From Myxococcota bacterium (GTDB lineage Bacteria; Myxococcota_A; UBA796; UBA2385), in contig JBIJDH010000008.1 in NCBI GenBank assembly GCA_044344255.1, forward strand, positions 32,001-96,000: a stretch of 64,000 bases of DNA, given 5' to 3'. This document shows positions 53,183-64,000 of this stretch, one piece after another. The translations under genes were made by a program, and so were the position numbers. The stretch's first letter is position 1. The number at the start of each line of letters is the position of its first letter. The notes beneath the pieces were generated by a model. That model saw only the letters and a list, made by a program, of their open reading frames with translations. It ran no database searches and was not told the DNA's origin.

Positions 53183-54805
53183 ATGAAGATCAGCCTCGTC
53201 AGCCCCTACCCCGACATCACGAATTATGGCCTTCGCACCTTGTCGGCGGTGCTGAGGGCCGCGGGGCACGAGACGCAGGTGATCTGCATGCCGGACTTCG
53301 CCGGGGACGGCGAGAGCAAGCACGTGAAGATGAGCGAGGAGCGGTACAGCCCCGAGGTCATCGACCAGATGATCGAGGTGATGCGCGGCGCAGACCTCGT
53401 CGGGGTCACGCTGATGACCCACTACTTCGACTCCGCCAAGCAGATCACCCGCGCCGTCCAGGAGCGGCTGGGCCTGCCCGTCATCTGGGGGGGCTTCCAC
53501 CCCTCCGTGCGCCCCGACGAGTGCATCCACCACGCCGACTACGTGGCCATCGGCGACGCCGAGGACCTCCTGCTCCAGCTCGTCGATCGCCTCTCCCGCG
53601 GCGAGGTCGACCAGCTCCACGACATCAAGTCCCTCATCTGGAAGAAGGGCGGCACCGTCATCCGCAACGTCGTCGGCTCGCTCGAGCAGGACATGGACGC
53701 CTACCCGGCCCCCGACTTCTCGCGGGACGACCACCACGTCCTCTTCGAGGGGCAGCTCCTCCCCGTCACGAAAGACCTGCTGCGCCGCTACCTGCACAAT
53801 GGCACCGTCTCTCGTATGTTTGGGCGCACCGGCTATCAGACCATGACCGGTCGCGGCTGCCCCCATGCCTGCACCTACTGCGGCAATTCTTTCTATCGCG
53901 ACCTGTACAAACGGCAGCGGTACGTCCGCTACCGCTCGGTCGAGCACGTCATCCAGGAGCTGGAGGCCGTCAAGCGGGAGTACCCCTTCATCGACTTCTT
54001 CTGGTTCAGCGACGATAGCTTCTTCGGTCGTCCGCTGCCCGATCTGCTTCTCTTCGCTGAGCAGTACAAGAAGCGCATCGGGGACCCCTTCTACCTCCTC
54101 GGCTCCCCGGGCACCATCACCGAGGAGAAGTACGAGGCCCTCGTCGACGCCGGTCTGCTCTGCATCCAGATGGGGGTGGAGCACGGGAGCCCCCGCATCC
54201 AGAAGATGTTCAAACGCTCGACGATGGGGAATGACAAGATCCTGAAGAGCGCCGAGATCATCACCCAGTACACAGACCGCACGGCGCCGCCGCAGTACGA
54301 CGTGATCTACGACCTCGCCTACGAGACGACGGAGGACAAGCTGCACACGCTGCGGCTCATCTCGGATCTCCCCAAGCCCTACCGGCTCCAGGTCTTCAGC
54401 GTCATCTACTACCCAGGCACGTCTCTGCACACGATCGCCGAGCGGGACGGGCTCGTGAACGATGAGAAGGCAGAGATCTATGACCGGATGTTCTTCGAGA
54501 GGCACGACAGCTACACGAACACGCTGCTCTTCCTCGCCCGCTCCGGTCGGTTCCCCCACTCGCTGCTGAAGATGGCGATCGACGAGCGGGTCGTGGCGGC
54601 GATGACGAGCGACTACATGGAGCCCGCGGGCGAGCTCATGAAGGGGGCCTTCAACCTTCTCCGTCGCGTGATGAGAAACCCCGCGATCGAGCGTGCGAAG
54701 GCGCTCGGCACGCTGACCGGCCTCAACACCTTTGAGGCCCGCCTCGAGGGGATGACCGGCGCCAACGCCGGCGCGGCAGCCCCTGTGGCCGGCCTCACCT
54801 TCTAA
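53183..54805 (+). CDS. Cobalamin-binding radical SAM protein
   Basis: N-terminal B12 domain (VIWGGFHPS), GRGCPHACTYC, RSVEHVIQE, FSDDSF, MGVEHGS. Confidence 0.9.
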   Translation: MKISLVSPYPDITNYGLRTLSAVLRAAGHETQVICMPDFAGDGESKHVKMSEERYSPEVIDQMIEVMRGADLVGVTLMTHYFDSAKQITRAVQERLGLPVIWGGFHPSVRPDECIHHADYVAIGDAEDLLLQLVDRLSRGEVDQLHDIKSLIWKKGGTVIRNVVGSLEQDMDAYPAPDFSRDDHHVLFEGQLLPVTKDLLRRYLHNGTVSRMFGRTGYQTMTGRGCPHACTYCGNSFYRDLYKRQRYVRYRSVEHVIQELEAVKREYPFIDFFWFSDDSFFGRPLPDLLLFAEQYKKRIGDPFYLLGSPGTITEEKYEALVDAGLLCIQMGVEHGSPRIQKMFKRSTMGNDKILKSAEIITQYTDRTAPPQYDVIYDLAYETTEDKLHTLRLISDLPKPYRLQVFSVIYYPGTSLHTIAERDGLVNDEKAEIYDRMFFERHDSYTNTLLFLARSGRFPHSLLKMAIDERVVAAMTSDYMEPAGELMKGAFNLLRRVMRNPAIERAKALGTLTGLNTFEARLEGMTGANAGAAAPVAGLTF

Positions 54806-54822
54806 GGCGACCGGGGCCGCAA

Positions 54823-55371
54823 ATGGGGGGCTACTACCGTCAGGTCCACTCCACCCCTCAGGGTCGCCTCGTCATCGCCAGCGCCCGCCCCGAAGACGCC
54901 GGCCCCATCGCGCTCCTCTATGGCGGGGTCATCGGAGAGGAGCGCTGGTTCATCACCGCCGCCGAAGAGCACAGCCTCGGCCCCGAGCGGATGCTCGAGC
55001 AGCTCCTCGACCGCCAGCGCCGAGACAACGCCATCGACCTGGTGGCCCGCCTCGACCGCGCGTTGGTGGGCGCCCTCTGCCTCGCCGGCGGGCCGCTGCG
55101 CCGCACGAGCCACGTCGGCCGCCTCGAGCTCTTCGTCGCCGAAGCCGCGCGGGGCCACGGGGTCGGGCGGGCCCTGCTGGCCTCCGCGATCGAGTGGGCA
55201 GAGGCAAACCCCCGGCTCCAGAAGCTGAGCCTCAGCGTCTTCGAGGACAACGCCCGCGCCGTGGCGCTCTATCGGTCGATGGGCTTCGTGGACGAGGGGC
55301 GTCGGGTGGGCGAGTACCGCGAGCGGGATGGCACCCTGCGGAGTGACCTCTTGCTGTGCCGATCCGTCTGA
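54823..55371 (+). CDS. GNAT N-acetyltransferase
   Basis: ARGHGVGRALL, LSVFEDNARAVALYRSMGF. Confidence 0.88.
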   Translation: MGGYYRQVHSTPQGRLVIASARPEDAGPIALLYGGVIGEERWFITAAEEHSLGPERMLEQLLDRQRRDNAIDLVARLDRALVGALCLAGGPLRRTSHVGRLELFVAEAARGHGVGRALLASAIEWAEANPRLQKLSLSVFEDNARAVALYRSMGFVDEGRRVGEYRERDGTLRSDLLLCRSV

Positions 55372-55386
55372 CCGGTCACCCCCTCC

Positions 55387-55431
55387 CCTCACCTCACCTC
55401 ACCTCACCTCACCTCACCTCACCTCACCTCA
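55387..55431. repeat. Pentanucleotide microsatellite (CCTCA)9
   Basis: Nine perfect copies; the last supplies the TGA stop of the minus-strand gene. Confidence 0.96.
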
Positions 55432-56220
55432 CCGGGCGGCCTGCGGCGGATCGTAGGCGATGAGGTCCGCCCGGAAGGGCCCGATCTTCGTGCTCACCAC
55501 CATGCGCATCGGGATCCGCCGCACATCATCGGTGACCGCCAGCACAAAGCGCCCCCGCTGCTCCAGATCCCCGTCGTGGCCGGTCCTGAATTCCAGGAGC
55601 TGGAGATCGACCGGGCCGAGCAGGCTCTCCTCCAAATGCTCCTTCCCCGCGTCGAGCACCTGGAGCGGCCAGGTCTTCGTGCCGCTGAACACGGGGAAGA
55701 CCCAGGGGAGCGGCCCGTCCATCGTGCGCAGGCGGAAGAAGGCGCTCACCGGGTCTTCGACGCCGGGGGCGGCCGGGTAGGGCGTGGTCCACTCTTCCCA
55801 GCCCGCCGAGCGGAGCTGGCGGTGCCAGACGGAGATGCCGCCGGGCGCGAAGCGCATGTCGAGGTCCTGCCAGAAGCCGCCCTCGCGGAAGACACACTCG
55901 TAGCGCACGGAGCCGCGCGCCGGATCCCAGCTCGACACCACCCGGTCCTGCAGGGTGTAGACGCTCGCGTACCAGGGCGCGTTCTCCGCCCCGCCGAGGA
56001 TCCGCACTCGGGCGGCCGAGCCAGGGTCGGCCTCGACGCGCCCCCAGGCGTAGCCCCCGAGGACCCCGGCGTAGCGCACCTCCCAGCGAAAGGACTCTCC
56101 CACCCAGTCGGCGGGGGGCTTCACGAGCGGGGCGGGGCTGGCGGTCTCGGGCGCGGCCAGGGCAGCCTCCAATCGGAGGAGAGCACCCGCAGCCAGCACC
56201 AGGGCGAGCACACGCTTCAT
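55429..56220 (-). CDS. DUF3108-like exported protein
   Basis: Signal peptide; GE.F.W.V.Y.G, D.VSAFF.LR, TDD.RRIP. Confidence 0.7.
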   Translation of the reverse strand: MKRVLALVLAAGALLRLEAALAAPETASPAPLVKPPADWVGESFRWEVRYAGVLGGYAWGRVEADPGSAARVRILGGAENAPWYASVYTLQDRVVSSWDPARGSVRYECVFREGGFWQDLDMRFAPGGISVWHRQLRSAGWEEWTTPYPAAPGVEDPVSAFFRLRTMDGPLPWVFPVFSGTKTWPLQVLDAGKEHLEESLLGPVDLQLLEFRTGHDGDLEQRGRFVLAVTDDVRRIPMRMVVSTKIGPFRADLIAYDPPQAAR

Positions 56221-56242
56221 CCCGGCAGGGTACCCGAACGCG

Positions 56243-56274
56243 AAGAAGCCCGCCGGGGTCTCCCCCGACGGGCT
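56243..56274 (-). terminator. Probable terminator hairpin after hppA
   Basis: Minus strand AGCCCGTCGGGG-GAGA-CCCCGGCGGGCT followed by TCTT. Confidence 0.65.
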
Positions 56275-56294
56275 CCTACCCACACCGGCTCTGC

Positions 56295-58745
<2,451 letters not shown>

Positions 58746-58883
58746 ATGAGCGTGGCTCCCCAGAGTGGCGTGAGGGGGGTGGACAAACCAGAGCTGGCAG
58801 GGCGCCGGGCTGAGGCCGCCGCGCCGGGATGGACCCGATAGCGGCCTCCGCTCCGGAGCCACCGCCCGGAAAAGGGCGGCCTC

Positions 58884-59795
58884 CTAAGCAACCCGAGGGC
58901 CTCCGGCAAGCCTTTCACCGAGCGACGAAGCGGTGAAACGATCGGCCAACGCTGCGACGACGGCGGGCGAGGTGCCACAGCAGGCCCCCACCAGGGTGGC
59001 CCCCGCGTCCACCCAGGACTCGGCGAAGCGGAGGTAGCGCTCGGGCGCCCCGGGGGCGGGCCCCCAGCCAAGGCCCTCCCCGACCGCCCCTGCGTTCGCA
59101 TAGGCCCCGAAGGGCACGCCGAGGCCCTGGAGCGCGACCACGAAGGGGAGAGTCTCGGAGGCGGCCACACAGTTGACCAGCACAGCCGAGGCCCCCCGCG
59201 CCACCGCCGCCGCCGCCCCAACGCGCACCGACGCAGGGCTGAGGAGGCGCCCGTCCGGCCCCGCCGTGAAGGCCACCCAGGTGGGGAGCCCAGTGGACAC
59301 AGCCTCTTCGACGGCGACCAGCGCCTCACCGACGTGGGGGAAGGTCTCGCAGAGCAGGAGGTCACAGCCGGCCCCGGCGAGGCAGCGCGCCAGCTCGCGG
59401 TGCGCCGCCCGAGGCGCCGGGGGGCTCAACCAGGGGGAGTAGCAGTCGGCCAGCGGCGCCAGGCTCCCTGCGACCCGCTGCCCGGCGGGGACGGCCCCTC
59501 GCGCCAGGGCGACCGCGCGCTCCGCCAGCCGCGCCCAGCCCGGGCCCACGTCCGCGAGCCGCGTTCGGAAGGTGTTGGCGGTGTGCACGGTGGCGCCAGC
59601 GGCCGCGTAGTCGCGGTGGATGGCCTCGAGCACCTGAGGGGCCGCCTCGATGGCGGCGGCGCTCCAGGCGGGGGCCGGAGTGGGCACCCCGCGTCGATGG
59701 AGCTCGGTGCCGACGGGCCCGTCGAGGATGGTGACGAGGCCGAGGTCGGGTACAGCCTGCGATTCAGAGGACTGGGACATCGAGGACTGCGACAT
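58884..59795 (-). CDS. Homocysteine S-methyltransferase family protein
   Basis: LDGPVGTEL, IHRDY..AGA, TANTF, CETF, VNC, YAN, GACCG zinc ligands; start ATG 59795 or 59780. Confidence 0.88.
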   Translation of the reverse strand: MSQSSMSQSSESQAVPDLGLVTILDGPVGTELHRRGVPTPAPAWSAAAIEAAPQVLEAIHRDYAAAGATVHTANTFRTRLADVGPGWARLAERAVALARGAVPAGQRVAGSLAPLADCYSPWLSPPAPRAAHRELARCLAGAGCDLLLCETFPHVGEALVAVEEAVSTGLPTWVAFTAGPDGRLLSPASVRVGAAAAVARGASAVLVNCVAASETLPFVVALQGLGVPFGAYANAGAVGEGLGWGPAPGAPERYLRFAESWVDAGATLVGACCGTSPAVVAALADRFTASSLGERLAGGPRVA

Positions 59796-59899
59796 GGATG
59801 ACCGGTATTCCCGCCCGGTTCTCCGCGCCGCCGTCCCAGCCCGCCGCGGTGGCGTCAGGGCGGCGCCGGGGTAGAGCAAGCGCCCAAAGGAGTCCACCC

Positions 59900-60592
59900 A
59901 TGGTCCGGCGTATCCTCAAGCTGCCCTTCAGCCTCCTCCGAGGCGCCTTCCGCGCCGTCACCGGCTCGGGCAAGAGCCCTCCCCCGCCGCCCCGGAAGGC
60001 CGCACCCGACGAGCTCCGCACCAAGCGGCCCGCCCCCGCCGCCCCGCCCGCCGAAGACCCGGACGCCGGCGGACATGATCACGGCCACAGCCACGGGCAC
60101 GATCATGGCCACAGCCACGACCACGGCGCACCCGCCGAGGCCGTCCCCAAGCCCGCGCCGAAGCCCGCACCGGCGCCGCCGAAGCCCGCGCCGCCGAAGC
60201 CCGCCGCCAAGAAGGCGGCCCCCGCAGACGACGGCCACGATCACGGCCACAGCCACGATCACGGCCACAGCCACAGCCACGATCACGAGCCGCCCGCCGC
60301 CCGCCCCGCCACTGCGGCGAAGAAGACGGCCGTCCGCGTGAGCGCTGAGGGCACCCCAAACCCGAACGCGACCAAGTTCACCTGCAGCGTGCCGGTGCTC
60401 GCGAAGGGCTCCGTGTCCTTCAACAGCGCCGCCGAGGCCAAGGGCAACAAGCTCGGCGAGGCCCTCTTCGGCATCACCGGTGTCCGCTCGATCTTCGCCG
60501 TCAAGGACTTCGTGACCGTGACCAAGGAGGAGGCCGCGAGCTGGGATGCGCTCATCCCGGCCGTCGAGGCCGCGCTCCAGAAGGCGCTCTGA
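59900..60592 (+). CDS. His-rich protein with C-terminal Nfu/NifU N-terminal scaffold domain
   Basis: AAGGAG RBS; two HxHxH tracts; TPNPNATKF...LFGITGV.SIF...DFVTVTK...W. Confidence 0.85.
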   Translation: MVRRILKLPFSLLRGAFRAVTGSGKSPPPPPRKAAPDELRTKRPAPAAPPAEDPDAGGHDHGHSHGHDHGHSHDHGAPAEAVPKPAPKPAPAPPKPAPPKPAAKKAAPADDGHDHGHSHDHGHSHSHDHEPPAARPATAAKKTAVRVSAEGTPNPNATKFTCSVPVLAKGSVSFNSAAEAKGNKLGEALFGITGVRSIFAVKDFVTVTKEEAASWDALIPAVEAALQKAL

Positions 60593-60647
60593 CGCCTCCG
60601 TTCGCCGGTACTCTGTAGTCCTCTGTCTTCGGGGAGGCCGCCGGCGC

Positions 60648-60965
60648 TCAGGCGCGGCGGCGACCCACGACGAGATCGAGCATCGCCTGGAACTGCTTGT
60701 CGCTCGTCTGGACCATGCGGGCGTTGGCCAGGAACGAGTAGCTCGACAGGTTCGTATCGATGAGGCCGGCCTCCAGGCTGCCAGCGTCGCTGATCGCCAC
60801 CGTGTCGCCATCCGAGCCCACCCCGTTCAGGGCCGCGACGGTGGCCTTGGTGACCACGTTGGCCGCGTCGCTCAGCCGAACGCCGGCCAGCATCATGCCT
60901 TGGATCGAGGCCGACAGCGCCGTCCCACCCGCAGAGGACACACCGACAGAGGAGGCGACAGACAT
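60648..60965 (-). CDS. Small protein with flagellar rod/hook C-terminal (Flg_bbr_C-like) motif
   Basis: GGAG RBS; LEAGLID...SYSFLANARMVQTSDKQFQAMLDL. Confidence 0.65.
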   Translation of the reverse strand: MSVASSVGVSSAGGTALSASIQGMMLAGVRLSDAANVVTKATVAALNGVGSDGDTVAISDAGSLEAGLIDTNLSSYSFLANARMVQTSDKQFQAMLDLVVGRRRA

Positions 60966-61121
60966 CCAGGCTCCCAGCGGCCACGCGCGGCCATCATGGC
61001 CCCATCATCCACCATCCGGAGGCGGAGCGCAAGCCAGGCCGGCCAGGGCCCTCTCACGGAGATAGGCCCCCTCGCGGACACCCTCCCCTCCCCACCCCTC
61101 CCCTCTGCGCGGCGGTGCTCG

Positions 61122-61637
61122 ATGAAGCTGTTGATCGGCCACACCTGGGACGGCACCCCGGTTGGCGCAGACGAGGCGGTGAGCCTCTGGCTGACCGACG
61201 ACGGGGACGCCCTCTCCATCGACGTCCTCGCCCCCCTCCACGCAGATCCTGTCCCCACCGGGCCGCCCGGGCCCACGCCCCGGCTCTGGGAGCACGAGGT
61301 GGTGGAGCTCTTCATCCTCGGCGAAGGCGAGGCCTACACCGAGGTGGAGCTCAGTCCCTGGGGCCACCACCTCGTGCTGCGACTACAAGGCCGCCGTCAG
61401 GTGGTGGAGAGCGGCCTCCCGCTCGACCTCCGTGTCAGCCGCCTCGGCGCGAGCTGGTGGGCTCGGGCACGGCTGCCGCGTTCCTACCTCCCGCCGGGCC
61501 CCCACCGGGTCAACGCCTTCGCCATCCACGGCACGGGGGCGTCCCGGCGCCACCTCGCTTGGACCCCGGCCCCCGGCCCGGCGCCCGACTTCCACCGTCT
61601 GGAGGCCTTCCCGGTCCTCCCCCTCCCCGGTCGCTGA
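61122..61637 (+). CDS. UPF0462 / C4orf33-like protein
   Basis: I.HTWDG.[44 protein letters not shown].F. Confidence 0.8.
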   Translation: [171 protein letters not shown]

Positions 61638-61690
61638 GCGACGAGCCTCTCCCGGATCGCGGAGGGCCCGGCCCCAGCGAGGGGAGCCGC

Positions 61691-62536
61691 TCAGCGGAGC
61701 TCGACGTCGTCGAGGTACAGCCGGTTCTCCCCGCGTGAGGTCGTATGGAAGGCCGTCACGTCGCGGACCTGCAGGGAGCGGATGGTGCCGCCCTCGGGGT
61801 GCCGCCGCTCGGCTGGGGCCGAGGCCGGCGCGAAGGCGGTGAGCGGGAGGTCCACCGTCAGCCAGGCCTCCGTCCCGACCTCGAGCACCGGCGCGGACCA
61901 GAGCTCCCCCCGACTGTCCTCCAGCATGACGCGCAGCCGGGCCTCGAAGCGCTCCGAGCGCAGCTCGAGGCGCAGGCGCTGAAGGCCCCGCCCGCCGCTG
62001 GTGACGGGGAGCAGGATGGTGTCCGACTCCCCCTCCGCAACCTCGGTCAACCAGGTCAGACAGGGATCCCCGCCGTCGCCGGGAGATGGCTCCGTACCGA
62101 GGTCTTCGTCAAAGCCCCGCGGCCAGCCGCGCACCCAGCTCCCCCGGCCGCCGTGGAAGTCCTCTCGGTAGGGCAGGCTCGTCACCCGGCCCGCCTCCAT
62201 CTCGATGCGACCTTGCAGCTCCCGCGCCACGACGTGGGAGCGGGGGTCGCGTGCGGCGTGGCGGAGGGCCTCCCGCGCGAGCTCGATCTCTCCGGCGCCG
62301 TAACGGGCCCGCCCCAGCCAATAAAAGAGCTCCCCCCGGATGGGGTCGTCCTCGCTCGTGTGCTCGATCAGCGTCTCATAGATGGCGATCGAGGCGGCGG
62401 GATCCCGATCGGCGGACTCCGAGAGTCGCCCACTGTAGAGCGCCGCCCACACCTCGGGCCCGTCCGCCCGGGCCGCGGAGCCGAGCCCCAGGAATCCGAG
62501 TCCGAGGAGTTCGAGCCCGAGGCTGACGAGGATCAA
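61691..62536 (-). CDS. Exported protein with TPR-like helices and a carbohydrate-binding-like beta domain
   Basis: Signal peptide ending AARA-D; YWLGRARY; W..VDLPL.AF...LYLDDVEL; TTGA overlap with the response regulator. Confidence 0.6.
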   Translation of the reverse strand: MILVSLGLELLGLGFLGLGSAARADGPEVWAALYSGRLSESADRDPAASIAIYETLIEHTSEDDPIRGELFYWLGRARYGAGEIELAREALRHAARDPRSHVVARELQGRIEMEAGRVTSLPYREDFHGGRGSWVRGWPRGFDEDLGTEPSPGDGGDPCLTWLTEVAEGESDTILLPVTSGGRGLQRLRLELRSERFEARLRVMLEDSRGELWSAPVLEVGTEAWLTVDLPLTAFAPASAPAERRHPEGGTIRSLQVRDVTAFHTTSRGENRLYLDDVELR

Positions 62537-63237
62537 TCCTCCTCCTTCCCGATGAATTGGTAGCCCACGCCGTGAAGGGTCTCAATGAAGAAGGGGTTGG
62601 CAGCATCATCGCCGAGCTTCTTCCGCACGGTGAGCACGTGGGTGTCGACCGTTCGGGTGGCGATGCCCGCCTTGTAGCCCCAGACCCGCTTCAGCAGCTC
62701 CTCCCGAGAGAGGATGCGACCCCGGTTCTCGAGGAAGAACTGGAGCAGATCGCGCTCGCGGTTGGAGAGCCGCTCCACCTTGTCGGGGCGGGTGATCGTG
62801 TACTGATCGAGGTCGATAGTGGTGACGCCGAACTGGAAGATGCGGCGGGCCCCACCCACGCGGCGGAGGTTGGCGTCGACGCGCGCCTTGAGCTCCAGCA
62901 GCGAGAAGGGCTTGGTGACATAGTCGTCCGCCCCCACCTCGAAGCCCACGAGCTTGTCCTGCTCCGACGAGCGCGCCGTGAGGAAGATGACGGGCCGCTC
63001 GAAGCCCTGATCCCGCAGCGCCCGACAGATCTCGTAGCCGTCCATGGCGTCGGGGCCGGCGGGGCCCTCTTGCAGCATGACGTCGAGCACGGCGACGTCG
63101 GGGGGGAAGCGCCGGGCGAGGTCGAGGGCCTCGGTGCCCGTGCGTGCCCCGTGCACTTCGAAGCCCTCCCGGTTGAAGAACTTGAGGAGGGTCTCGAGCA
63201 CCTGTCGCTCGTCTTCCACGAAGAGGATGCGGGCCAT
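62533..63237 (-). CDS. OmpR/PhoB-family response regulator
   Basis: ILFVEDE, VLDVML, FLTA, GADDYVTKPF, RTVDTHV, T.HGVGY. Confidence 0.95.
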   Translation of the reverse strand: MARILFVEDERQVLETLLKFFNREGFEVHGARTGTEALDLARRFPPDVAVLDVMLQEGPAGPDAMDGYEICRALRDQGFERPVIFLTARSSEQDKLVGFEVGADDYVTKPFSLLELKARVDANLRRVGGARRIFQFGVTTIDLDQYTITRPDKVERLSNRERDLLQFFLENRGRILSREELLKRVWGYKAGIATRTVDTHVLTVRKKLGDDAANPFFIETLHGVGYQFIGKEED

Positions 63238-63294
63238 GGACCGAGGCTCCAGCAGCGGAGGAGGGGGGATGGAACGAGGGCGCCTACTCTATCC

Positions 63295-64000
63295 TCAGAG
63301 CGGATCCCCTGCGTCGGCGTTCGGAGGCGCTTCACGCGGAAAGCGCAACGTGAAGGTGCTGCCCTTGCCCGGCTGCGACTGGGCGAAGACCTCGCCACCG
63401 TGCGCTCTCATGATGTAGCGCGTGATCGTGAGGCCGATGCCCGTGCCCTTGCGCCGCCGCGCCAAGGCGTCCCGCGAGCGGAAGAAGGGCTCGAAGATGT
63501 TGCGCAGATCGTGCGGTGCGATGCCGATCCCGCGGTCGGACACGGTGATCTCGACGCCGTCCTCCACCACCCGCCCGCGGATCCCGATCCAGGCGTCAGG
63601 GGCCGAGTATTTCGCCGCGTTGCTGACGAGGTTGATCACACACTGGGCGACGGCGTCGCTGTCGTGGGCCACCTCCGGCAGGTCATCGGGGAGCTCGACG
63701 TCGAGCTCCTTGTCGACCACCTCCTGGGCTGAGCTCACGCTGTCGAGGGCCCGGTAGACGGTGTCGACGAGGTCACCCGGACGCAGGGTATACCGCTTGG
63801 CCCCTCGCTCAATCGCCGAGAAGTCGAGCACGTTGTCGACGAGGCGGCTCAGCCGCTCGCTCTCCCGCACGATGGCCTGGTAGGCCTCCTCACGCTCCTC
63901 CGGGGTCTCGCTCAAGCCGAGCAGCAGCGACTCCCCCTTGAGGCGGATCTGCGTGATCGGCGACCGCAGCTCATGCGACACGTTGGCCGCGAAGTCCGTC
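63295..64000 (-). CDS. Sensor histidine kinase (C-terminal part; 5' end lies beyond the window)
   Basis: ANVSHELRSP H-box, NLVSNAAKYS, DRGIGI, IFEPFFR, GTGIGL, HGG. Confidence 0.93.
   Translation of the reverse strand, partial: TDFAANVSHELRSPITQIRLKGESLLLGLSETPEEREEAYQAIVRESERLSRLVDNVLDFSAIERGAKRYTLRPGDLVDTVYRALDSVSSAQEVVDKELDVELPDDLPEVAHDSDAVAQCVINLVSNAAKYSAPDAWIGIRGRVVEDGVEITVSDRGIGIAPHDLRNIFEPFFRSRDALARRRKGTGIGLTITRYIMRAHGGEVFAQSQPGKGSTFTLRFPREAPPNADAGDPL

Overview
A very GC-rich bacterial chromosomal segment. It is most consistent with a Myxococcota/deltaproteobacterial lineage, inferred from a MYXO-CTERM-like tail, Cys/Asp 'putative metal-binding' repeats, a Tgl/PilF-like lipoprotein and a myxobacterial-type ferritin-like lipoprotein. 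In order, it contains: (1) an atypical dcw cluster, ftsL-ftsI-[474 bp gap]-murE-murF-mraY-murD-ftsW-murC-murB-like-ddl-hflX, with no murG and no ftsQAZ, whose murB-like gene is intact but has lost its FAD-binding and catalytic motifs; (2) a sigma54/IHF-type promoter upstream of two acidic-repeat surface lipoproteins; (3) a DNA-processing block with recB-recD but no recC, a ferritin-like lipoprotein, a Ser/Thr kinase and an XPB-like helicase plus DUF790/Bax1 nuclease; (4) an exported-protein block with a TPR protein, a Thr-type sulfatase-like TPR lipoprotein, an extremely Tyr-rich lipoprotein, an S8 protease and an M14 peptidase; (5) a structured ~170-nt leader in front of a GldA/F/G-like ABC system plus DUF4340; (6) rlmN-mtnP-pilF/tgl-rodZ-mgtE, a B12 radical SAM enzyme, a GNAT, DUF3108, a divergent hppA and a homocysteine methyltransferase; (7) a His-rich Nfu_N protein, a mini flagellar-rod-motif protein, a bacterial homolog of animal C4orf33 and a two-component system truncated by the window edge. 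Short tandem repeats are frequent both in and between genes. I saw no rRNA, tRNA, CRISPR array, transposase or integrase. All family calls come from motif recognition by eye; no database search was run.
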